Positions 28,701 through 36,487 of a DNA stretch of 64,000 nucleotides are shown here, one piece after another. Every line of letters begins with the position of its first letter. Position 1 is the first letter of the stretch. The notes beneath the pieces were generated by a model. It worked only from the letters and a program-made list of their open reading frames with translations, was not told where the DNA came from and searched no databases. This stretch comes from Halorarum halobium (GTDB lineage: Archaea; Halobacteriota; Halobacteria; Halobacteriales; Haloferacaceae): positions 2,046,001 through 2,110,000 of the forward strand of contig NZ_CP134949.1 in NCBI RefSeq assembly GCF_032116555.1. The letters run 5' to 3'. Made by a program: the position numbers and the translations under genes.

Positions 28701-29945
28701 TCAGTCATCGGCGGTCACCACCCGCGTCCGCTCGACGGTCGAGAGCGCGTCCAGGCAGTCGAGCCAGTCGCGCATGTACTCGCCACAGTGGTTCAGGAAC
28801 GCGCCGTTGGCGTACTCGCTCCAGTCGCCGGTCGCCAGGCGGTCGGCCATCGCATCGAAGACGGCCGCGTACTCGTCGGCGTCGGCGACAGCGTCGGCCC
28901 GTCCCTCGCTCGCGTCGACTCCCGCGGGGGAGACGTCGTCGACGATCTCCCAGAGGTGCTCGTTCAGTTCGAGCCCCGGCACCTCGTCGTTGAGGTCGTC
29001 GAACGTCGGTCGCGGCGCCTTGTTGTGCTCACAGAGCGGGCCGCCGGTGACGACGTCGTCCCCGAGCAGGTCCGCCGCGCGCTTGAGGAACACGCCCGAC
29101 CAGATGTCGTCGAACCGGCCGACGTCCCACTCGTTGTCGTCCATCGGGAGCTGGTAGAACGCCGGGACGACCTCCCGGCGGAACGCGAGGTTCATCGAGC
29201 AGACCGTGAGGTACTGACCCGGCGCGGCGACGAAGTCCGCCTCGAAGTCCTCGGCGGTCGTCCTGGTCTCGGCCTGTCCCCGCAGGTCGCCGTCCATCAG
29301 GATGCGGACCGCGTCGAGGTCGGGCACGTTGGTCCACAGGCCCTGCGAGGCGACGACGCTATCGACCTGGGCTGTGCCCGTCTCGACCGTCTCGTCCATC
29401 GCTGCGTAGGGGTAGCCGCGCGGGTAGAGCCCGTGTTCGTCGGCGTTCTCGTGGAGCACGTTGACCCAGTTCTCGTCCGAGCGGACCTCGGTGAGTTCGC
29501 CCTCGTACTCGAGGGTCGCCAGGTGCTCGCCGAAGAAGTCCTGGTCGGAGTGGGGGAGCGTGTCGTCGTCGATGAAGACGCCGAGGTCGAACTCGTTCGC
29601 CCAGAGGTACAGCAGGCCGAAGGAGGTCTGGGCGTGGCTGGCGGCCGGGACGAGGTGCTCGAACTCGTCCACGTCGTGGTCGGCGAGCCACTGTTCGCGG
29701 CCGTTGCCGTCGAACACCGCGCCCGAGACGCCTTCCTCCCGGAGCATCGCCCGCATCTCGTCAACGTCACAGAAGTCCTCGGTGACGAGGACGACGTGCA
29801 GGCGGTCGAGGTCGAAGCCGTGCTCGCGGGCGTTCTCGAAGTAGGCTCGCATGCACTCGTACTCGCGGATCGTCGGGACGACGACGCAGACGTCCGGTCG
29901 CTCGCCGCCGGGCGCTTCCGTCGATTCGGTCGTCTCGGTAACCAT
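28701..29945 (-). CDS. Reversibly glycosylated polypeptide (RGP/GT75, 'alpha-1,4-glucan-protein synthase')-like protein
   Basis: FIDDD, PRGYPY, GLWTNVPDLDA, CSMNLAF and GRFDDIW motifs parallel plant RGP/UAM motifs. Confidence 0.8.
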   Translation of the reverse strand: MVTETTESTEAPGGERPDVCVVVPTIREYECMRAYFENAREHGFDLDRLHVVLVTEDFCDVDEMRAMLREEGVSGAVFDGNGREQWLADHDVDEFEHLVPAASHAQTSFGLLYLWANEFDLGVFIDDDTLPHSDQDFFGEHLATLEYEGELTEVRSDENWVNVLHENADEHGLYPRGYPYAAMDETVETGTAQVDSVVASQGLWTNVPDLDAVRILMDGDLRGQAETRTTAEDFEADFVAAPGQYLTVCSMNLAFRREVVPAFYQLPMDDNEWDVGRFDDIWSGVFLKRAADLLGDDVVTGGPLCEHNKAPRPTFDDLNDEVPGLELNEHLWEIVDDVSPAGVDASEGRADAVADADEYAAVFDAMADRLATGDWSEYANGAFLNHCGEYMRDWLDCLDALSTVERTRVVTADD

Positions 29946-29964
29946 GTGTCGTTCTCGGAAATCG

Positions 29965-30007
29965 TTTAGGTTGTCCTAAAGTCTGTCGTTTATTAGGTAG
30001 TCCTAAA
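29965..30007. promoter_or_regulatory. Tandem operator palindromes, boxes 4 and 5
   Basis: Perfect TTTAGGTTGTCCTAAA (29965-29980) and ATTAGGTAGTCCTAAA (29992-30007) upstream of the RGP-like gene. Confidence 0.85.
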
Positions 30008-30090
30008 CCGAATCGAGGCGTCGACGTTCGCCCGCGGTCCGCGGTCGAAGAGTACAACCTTCATACGTGCCGGTCGCATACCGGGTCTCA

Positions 30091-30993
30091 ATGGCACGTA
30101 TCGAATCGCGCGTCCGGGACCTCGCGGAGGACCCGGAGATGCGCGAGGCCATCGAACTCGTCCTCGAGCGCGCGGAGGACGGGGAGGTGCAGTGGGTGGA
30201 CGTGCGCGATGAGATCTCCAGCGGCGAGTGGGGTCGGCTGATCGAACGCGGCATCCTGGAGGACGGCGAGGCGGGCTTCGCGCTCGCGGACCGGGAGGCC
30301 ATCGAGGCGGGGCTCGAATCCGAGGGCGGCGACTCCGACATCCCCGAGGTCCCCGACGCCGAGGGGTCGTCCTGGAGCAAGTGGGACAAGGGCGCGGCCG
30401 GCGTCACCGTCCTGTTCTTCATCGGCTACTCCTACGGGCCGGTCAGGGACATCATCGGGGGCGGCATGGACGTCCTCCTCGGGCCGCTCCAGGAATCGCT
30501 CCCGCTGTACGCGGTCATCATGGTCATCGCGACGCTGACGGGGCTCTACTCGACGCTCCTGCGTGCGAACCTGATGGACATGGACCGCATGGCGGCCTAC
30601 CAGGAGCGGATGCAGGACATCCAGAGCCGGATGAAGGACGCCCGCAGCCGCGGTGACGACGACGCGGTCGACCGCATCCAGGAGGAGCAGATGGACGCGA
30701 TGGGCGACCAGCTCGGCATGTTCAAGGAGCAGTTCCGCCCGATGGTCTGGATCATGGTGTTCACCATTCCGTTCTTCCTCTGGCTCTACTGGAAGGTCGG
30801 CTTCCGCGGCGCGAGCGGCGACCCGACGGCGGAGTTCGCCAACGTGGTCCTCCCGCTCGCGGGCGAGGTGGCATGGACGGACAGCCTGCTCATCATGCCG
30901 ACCTGGATCATCTGGTACTTCCTCTGCTCGATGGCGTTCACGCAGATCATCCAGAAGGGGCTGAACATCCAGATGAGCCCGACTACTTCCTAG
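30091..30993 (+). CDS. DUF106 (EMC3/TMCO1, Oxa1 superfamily) membrane protein
   Basis: TM, coiled coil, MFKEQFRPM and WIIWYFLCS motifs. Confidence 0.9.
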   Translation: MARIESRVRDLAEDPEMREAIELVLERAEDGEVQWVDVRDEISSGEWGRLIERGILEDGEAGFALADREAIEAGLESEGGDSDIPEVPDAEGSSWSKWDKGAAGVTVLFFIGYSYGPVRDIIGGGMDVLLGPLQESLPLYAVIMVIATLTGLYSTLLRANLMDMDRMAAYQERMQDIQSRMKDARSRGDDDAVDRIQEEQMDAMGDQLGMFKEQFRPMVWIMVFTIPFFLWLYWKVGFRGASGDPTAEFANVVLPLAGEVAWTDSLLIMPTWIIWYFLCSMAFTQIIQKGLNIQMSPTTS

Positions 30994-31127
30994 GGGTTCG
31001 ATTGGAGCGGGTTTTCTGATCGGTTCGGTTTATCACCGGTCACAAAGCTGTTTGGACGGTTGTGAGTCCTTCTCGAAAGTTCCCGTGGCGCTCTCGTCTG
31101 GCGGCTTCTCTGTTGTCGTGACGCACG

Positions 31128-31630
31128 CCTCGAAAGCCCCCGCGGCGCTCGACTCGGTGCGACTGTTGCGCTCCTCGGCTCGCTGCGCTCGTCTGCGGTG
31201 CTTGACAGTCGCGCCGTCGTCCAGCGCCGCGGCCCCTTTCAGTCCCACCCGACCGCCCCGCACAGCCACACGCCTCCCCAACCGATTCGCTCGGTCGGCT
31301 CGCTTCGCTCGCCTTCCTTACTCATCCCTCGCGCGCGTGCCGGCGGGCCTCCGTGCCCGCCGGCACGCGCCGACCGCATCTGATGGACGAGCCACGTGGC
31401 GCGCGGCGGTCGTGCTGACGCGCGACCGCTCGTGCGAGGGACGAGCACCGCAGCCGAAGGCGAGGAGCGCAGGAGGCTGGGGCGGGCGAGGTGCGGTGCC
31501 GTCCAGGTGGGACTGAAAGGGGCCACGGGTCTCGGCGAACCCCGACGACGCAAGCACTGCAGCGCGACCGAAGGGAGCGCGAAGCGCGCAGCGAGGCGCG
31601 GGAGTCGAGACCCGCGGGGGCTTTCGCGGG
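31128..31630. repeat. Palindromic intergenic element, copy D (full-length, nested inverted arms)
   Basis: 25-bp terminal inverted repeat 31131-31155/31602-31626 with 2 mismatches; inner IR 31227-31249/31506-31528. Confidence 0.85.
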
Positions 31631-31762
31631 TTGCACTACGATTCTCTCGATTGCGAGCCGGTCGAGCCGATCGTCGGCTACCTTTGGGGAACCAGTCGAC
31701 TTACGCCCGCCACCTCGTCATGCTACCCACCTTTATACAACCCGGCTCCGTAGGACGGTTTC

Positions 31763-33259
31763 ATGCGAGACCAACGCGACCTCTCGTCCGTCGCAGGGGA
31801 CGACGTGGTCGTGGTCGGGGGCGGCTTCGGCGGCCTCTCGACCGCCTGCTACCTCGCGGACGCCGGCGCGAACGTGACCGTCCTGGAGAAGAACGAACAG
31901 CTCGGCGGCCGAGCGTCGGTGCTGGAGGCCGAGGGGTTCCGGTTCGACATGGGCCCGTCGTGGTACCTGATGCCCGACGTGTTCGAGACGTTCTTCGGCC
32001 ACTTCGACCGGACGCCCGCGGACTACTACGAACTGGCGCGGCTCGACCCCCACTACCGCATCTTCTTCAAGGACGGCGACCGGATCGACATGGTTCCCGA
32101 CCGCGAGACGAACCGCGAGACGTTCGAGTCCTACGAGGAGGGCGCCGGCGAGGCGTTCGAGAGCTACCTCGAAAAGTCGAAGGAGAACTACGAGGTGGGG
32201 ATGGAGCACTTCGTGTACGAACACCGCGACCGCCTGCGGGACTTCGTGGACCTCGACGTGCTCCGCCATGCCCGGGGGCTCTCGCTGCTCGGGACGATGC
32301 AGGGCCACGTCGAGGAGTACTTCGAGCACCCCAAGCTCCAGCAGTTGATGCAGTACACGCTCGTGTTCCTCGGCGGGTCGCCCCACAACACGCCGGCGCT
32401 CTACAACCTGATGAGCCACGTCGACTTCAACCTCGGCGTCTACTACCCCGAGGGCGGCATCGGCGCGGTCGTCGACGGCATCGCCGACCTCGGCACCGAA
32501 CTCGGCGTCGAGTACGTCACAGACGCGCCCGTGAACTCGATCAGGGGCTCCCGCGGCGGCTTCGCGGTCACGACGCAGGACGGCCGAACGTTCCTCGCCG
32601 ACCGGGTCGTCTCGGACGCCGACTACGCCCACACCGAGCAGGACCTGCTCGCCCCGAAGAAACGCCAGTACGACGCCGACTACTGGGAGTCACGGACGTA
32701 CGCGCCCTCCGCGTACCTGCTGTACATGGGCGTCGAGGGCGACCTCGACCCGCTGGCCCATCACACGCTCGTCCTGCCGACCGACTGGGACGACCACTTC
32801 GCGGACATCTTCGAGGACCCGGCGTGGCCCGACGACCCCGCCTACTACCTCTGTGCGCCCTCCGCGACCGACGATTCGGTCGCCCCGGAGGGCCACAGCG
32901 CCCTGTTCGCGCTCGTCCCCGTCGCCGCCGGACTGGACGACACCCCCGAGCAGCGGGAGCGCTATCGGCGCCTCGTACTCGACGACGTCGCCGAGAACGC
33001 CGGCGTCGACCTCCGCGACCGCATCGTCTTCGAGGAGTCGTTCAGCGTCGACGACTTCGCCGACCGCTACAACTCGGTGCGTGGCACCGCGCTCGGGATG
33101 GCCCACACCCTGAGACAGACCGCGCCGTTCCGGCCGAACCGCCGCTCTTCCGCGGTCGACGGGCTCTACTTCACCGGCTCGTACACCACCCCGGGCATCG
33201 GCGTGCCGATGTGTCTCATCAGCGGCCTGCTCACCGCCGAAGTCGTGGGGCGGGAGTGA
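31763..33259 (+). CDS. crtD: Carotenoid 3,4-desaturase (phytoene desaturase family)
   Basis: GGGFGG, FDMGPSW and PGIGVPMCLISG motifs; first gene of the crtD-lyeJ-cruF arrangement. Confidence 0.85.
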   Translation: MRDQRDLSSVAGDDVVVVGGGFGGLSTACYLADAGANVTVLEKNEQLGGRASVLEAEGFRFDMGPSWYLMPDVFETFFGHFDRTPADYYELARLDPHYRIFFKDGDRIDMVPDRETNRETFESYEEGAGEAFESYLEKSKENYEVGMEHFVYEHRDRLRDFVDLDVLRHARGLSLLGTMQGHVEEYFEHPKLQQLMQYTLVFLGGSPHNTPALYNLMSHVDFNLGVYYPEGGIGAVVDGIADLGTELGVEYVTDAPVNSIRGSRGGFAVTTQDGRTFLADRVVSDADYAHTEQDLLAPKKRQYDADYWESRTYAPSAYLLYMGVEGDLDPLAHHTLVLPTDWDDHFADIFEDPAWPDDPAYYLCAPSATDDSVAPEGHSALFALVPVAAGLDDTPEQRERYRRLVLDDVAENAGVDLRDRIVFEESFSVDDFADRYNSVRGTALGMAHTLRQTAPFRPNRRSSAVDGLYFTGSYTTPGIGVPMCLISGLLTAEVVGRE

Positions 33260-33266
33260 CCGCCGG

Positions 33267-34145
33267 ATGAGCGCACCGACGACCGTGGACGAGGTCGGCA
33301 ATCGACTGCGGTACCTCCTCGTCCTCTCACGCCCCCGGTTCTGGCTCTACCTCGCGGGACCCGTGCTTGTCGGCGTCGCCTACGGCGCGGGAAGCGTCGA
33401 CGACCTGGTGACGACCGGATCGGTGCTCCTGTTCGCCTACTTCCTCGTCCCCGCGAACCTGCTGCTGTACGGCGTGAACGACGTGTTCGACCGCGAGGTC
33501 GACGCCGACAACCCGAAGAAGGAGGGGCGGGAGGCGCGCTACGGCGGCGGCCGACTCGTGCCGACGGTCGTCGTCGGCTCGTTCCTGCTCGGCCTCGCGC
33601 CGTTCCCCGCCACGCCGCGGGTCGCCTGGCCGTACCTCGCGGGGTTCCTCCTGCTGGGCGTCGAGTACAGCGCCCCGCCGTTCAGGTTCAAGACGACCCC
33701 GCCCCTCGACTCCGTCTCGAACGGGCTGTACGTGCTCCCGGGCGCCGCCGCCTACGCGGCCCTCGCAGGCGCTCACCCGCCGCTCGCGGCGCTGGTCGGC
33801 GGGTGGCTCTGGGCGATGGCGATGCACACGTTCTCGGCGATTCCCGACGTCGAACCCGACCGCGAGGCCGGAATCCGGACGACCGCAACGGTGCTCGGCG
33901 AGGGACGGACGCTCGCCTACTGTGCCGCCTGCTGGCTGCTGGCCGCGGCCGCGTTCGCGCTCGTCGACCCGCGGCTCGGCGGCCTGCTGCTGGTCTACCC
34001 GGTTCTCGTCGCCGGCATCCGTCGGGCAAACGTCGACGTGGCGCGGGCTTACTGGTGGTACCCGGCGATCAACGGCGTCGTCGGGTTCCTGCTCACCGTG
34101 GGCGGGCTCTCGCGGCTCGTCTCGCCGGGGGCGGTGTTGCCGTGA
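33267..34145 (+). CDS. lyeJ: Lycopene elongase (UbiA prenyltransferase family)
   Basis: SRPRFWLY, NDVFD, YSAPP.RFK and IPD..PD motifs; synteny. Confidence 0.88.
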   Translation: MSAPTTVDEVGNRLRYLLVLSRPRFWLYLAGPVLVGVAYGAGSVDDLVTTGSVLLFAYFLVPANLLLYGVNDVFDREVDADNPKKEGREARYGGGRLVPTVVVGSFLLGLAPFPATPRVAWPYLAGFLLLGVEYSAPPFRFKTTPPLDSVSNGLYVLPGAAAYAALAGAHPPLAALVGGWLWAMAMHTFSAIPDVEPDREAGIRTTATVLGEGRTLAYCAACWLLAAAAFALVDPRLGGLLLVYPVLVAGIRRANVDVARAYWWYPAINGVVGFLLTVGGLSRLVSPGAVLP

Positions 34146-35029
34146 GCACCGCCGCGTCGACTGTGCGGGACTGGTGGCCGGGCGACAGGGCCGAACTGGA
34201 GTCCCGGCTGGACGCGCTCGTCAGGGAGAACCGGTTCACCATCTCCGTGTTCTTCCCGCTGAACGGGATCGTCCTCCTGCTCGCGAGCGCCACCGTCGCG
34301 GCGGTTCCCGACTGGCTGGCGTTCACCGGGACGCTCATCCTGCTCGGGACGGTCGTGATGCGCTCGCCGCTCGTCGCCGGCCTCGCGCCCCTGGTCGACC
34401 GGCGGGCGGCGACGGGGATCGGCCTGCTCGCGCTGTACGCGTACGCCATCGAGTACGTCGGCGTCCACACCGGCTGGCCGTACGGCCCGTTCGAGTACGG
34501 CGTCTCGCTCGGGCCGATGGTGTCGGGCGTGCCGCTGGGGCTTCCGGTGTTCTTCCTCCCGCTCGTGGCGAACGCCTACCTGCTCTGTCTCCTGCTTCTG
34601 GGCGACCGGGCCGAGCGTGGCCCGCTCCGGCTCGCCGCCGTCGTCGCGCTCGTCCTGCTGCTCGACGTCGTGCTCGACCCCGGCGCGGTCGCGCTGGGGT
34701 TCTGGAACTACGAGGGCGTCACGACCGAAGGAGCCCTCGCGGTCCTCGCCGGCGGCGGCTTCTACGGCGTGCCGCTCTCCAACTACGCGGGATGGGTGCT
34801 CTCGGCCACCGTCGCGGTGGTGACGCTCGATCTCGCGTTCGACCGCGCGGCACTGGTCCGGCGGCTGGCCGAGTGCGAGTTCATGCTCGACGACATGGTG
34901 AGCTTCGTCATCCTCTGGGGCGGCGTGAACGCGCTCTTTGGCAACCTCGTGCCCGCGCTCGTCGCCGCCGGGATCGGGGTGGGGCTGGTCCGCGCTGACC
35001 GCTTCGACGCGTCGCTGCTCCGGCCCTGA
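34142..35029 (+). CDS. cruF: Bisanhydrobacterioruberin hydratase
   Basis: GTG start overlapping the lyeJ stop; RENRFTI, TGWPYG, DPGAV and VPLSNYAGW motifs. Confidence 0.88.
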   Translation: MSTAASTVRDWWPGDRAELESRLDALVRENRFTISVFFPLNGIVLLLASATVAAVPDWLAFTGTLILLGTVVMRSPLVAGLAPLVDRRAATGIGLLALYAYAIEYVGVHTGWPYGPFEYGVSLGPMVSGVPLGLPVFFLPLVANAYLLCLLLLGDRAERGPLRLAAVVALVLLLDVVLDPGAVALGFWNYEGVTTEGALAVLAGGGFYGVPLSNYAGWVLSATVAVVTLDLAFDRAALVRRLAECEFMLDDMVSFVILWGGVNALFGNLVPALVAAGIGVGLVRADRFDASLLRP

Positions 35030-35155
35030 CCGTGACCCCGACGGGTCGTGAGAGTGGTTCCGAGGGGTCGTGAGAATGGCCCGACGAGTCCTGGGAACCG
35101 TCGGGGCTGAAACCCGTGGAGCGCGTCGAACCGTCGGTTCCCGTCGGTCCCGGAT

Positions 35156-36109
35156 TCAGCGGACCGGAAGACAGCCGCCCAGCCTGGTGTGCTCCCTGTC
35201 GGTTCCGTCATACTCGACCGCACTCACCGCCCGGAAGACGGCGACCGGGTCCTTCGTGTGCGCCCACGCCAGCCGGGTGCGAGCGAACAGCCAGACCTTT
35301 CGGAGCGTCCCCAGCGACGGGGTCGCGGTGAGCGTGTCGTACTCGCGGCGGCGGATGAGCCGGTGGTGGTCCGCGTACAGGACCGTCGCGAGCAGCACGG
35401 CGAACTGGCAGTCCCGCGGGAGGTACTTGATCCCCTTCACGCCCTCCTCGTACAGCGACTCCGCGCGGCCGAGTTCGTGGCGGATCGCCGCGGCGAAGTT
35501 CCCGTCGAACTCGAGCCGGCGGAGCTGCGTCTCGGTCACGCCGTGGGTTCGCAGCGTCTCCTGCGGGAGATACACCCTGTCGCGTTCGAGGACGTCCTCG
35601 CGGACGTCGCGAAGGAAGTTCGTGAGCTGGAACGCCTCGCCGAGCGCAGTCGCGTGCGGGAGCGCCGCGTCCGGGTCGTCCGGCTCCATCACGGCCGTCA
35701 TCATTCGCCCGACTGCGGAGGCCGAGCCGTCCATGTACGCCTCCAGCTCCTCGTACGTCTCGTACCGATCCACGGAGACGTCCGAGGCCATCGCGTCGAT
35801 GAACGTCTCCACGTCCGACTCGGCGATGTCGTACGTCTCGCGGATGTCCGCAAACGCCTCCAGCACCGGGTCGTCGGTCTCGGTTCGGCCGAGCGCGGCG
35901 TCGCGCAGTCGGTCGAGTTCCGCGCGCTGCTCGGCCGGCGGGGCCGTCTCGGCGGCGTCGACGACCTCGTCGGCGACGCGGAAGAACGCGTACATGACGT
36001 ACGTCGGGTGGCGGACCCGCTCGGGCAGGACGCGGGTCGCAAAGTGGAACGTCTTGCCGGTGCGCTGCTGGATCCGCTTGCTCCGCGCGACCGGGTCCTC
36101 GGCTACCAT
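35156..36109 (-). CDS. crtB: Phytoene synthase
   Basis: TGKTFHFA, YAFFRVADEVVD, AFQLTNFLRDVRED and RVYLP motifs. Confidence 0.92.
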   Translation of the reverse strand: MVAEDPVARSKRIQQRTGKTFHFATRVLPERVRHPTYVMYAFFRVADEVVDAAETAPPAEQRAELDRLRDAALGRTETDDPVLEAFADIRETYDIAESDVETFIDAMASDVSVDRYETYEELEAYMDGSASAVGRMMTAVMEPDDPDAALPHATALGEAFQLTNFLRDVREDVLERDRVYLPQETLRTHGVTETQLRRLEFDGNFAAAIRHELGRAESLYEEGVKGIKYLPRDCQFAVLLATVLYADHHRLIRRREYDTLTATPSLGTLRKVWLFARTRLAWAHTKDPVAVFRAVSAVEYDGTDREHTRLGGCLPVR

Positions 36110-36238
36110 GACTGTGCGAGTCGGCGGGTGCCTGGCTGACAGCGGGTCCCTCCGCACATAGTAAGTGTACGACGTAAGGGACGGCGAGACCATAACAGTT
36201 TGTGGCCGATTCGGGTGCCGTGGCCCCCGACGCCCGAC

Positions 36239-36400
36239 TTAGCGGTGGAAGAACGTGTCCGCACAGTCCATCACGACGCCGTGTTCGGGACAGACGTACT
36301 TGCAGTGGCGGTGGGTCATCGACGAGCCGCAGAACGGACAGGGTCGCGTTCGGACCGTCTCGACGTCGTCCGGCGTCTCGACGTCGTCCGACCCGTTCAT
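36239..36400 (-). CDS. Small CPxCG zinc-finger protein (HVO_2523-like)
   Basis: RPCPFCG...HRHCKYVCPEHGVVMDCADTF. Confidence 0.85.
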   Translation of the reverse strand: MNGSDDVETPDDVETVRTRPCPFCGSSMTHRHCKYVCPEHGVVMDCADTFFHR

Positions 36401-36487
36401 ACCTGTCGATGCGGGCGAGATCGCTTCAGTGTTCGGTCCACGCGGATCCGCGGTAGCCCTTTCAGAGATGGGGCCCAAGCGTCCCCG

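Noticed and set aside
31506..31528. GTGGGACTGAAAG resembling the 3' end of haloarchaeal CRISPR repeats
   Set aside because: The similarity is short, the motif occurs singly within inverted arms, and it is never arrayed.
31763..36109. Carotenoid cluster as a novel pathway
   Set aside because: It matches the established haloarchaeal bacterioruberin genes crtD-lyeJ-cruF plus crtB.
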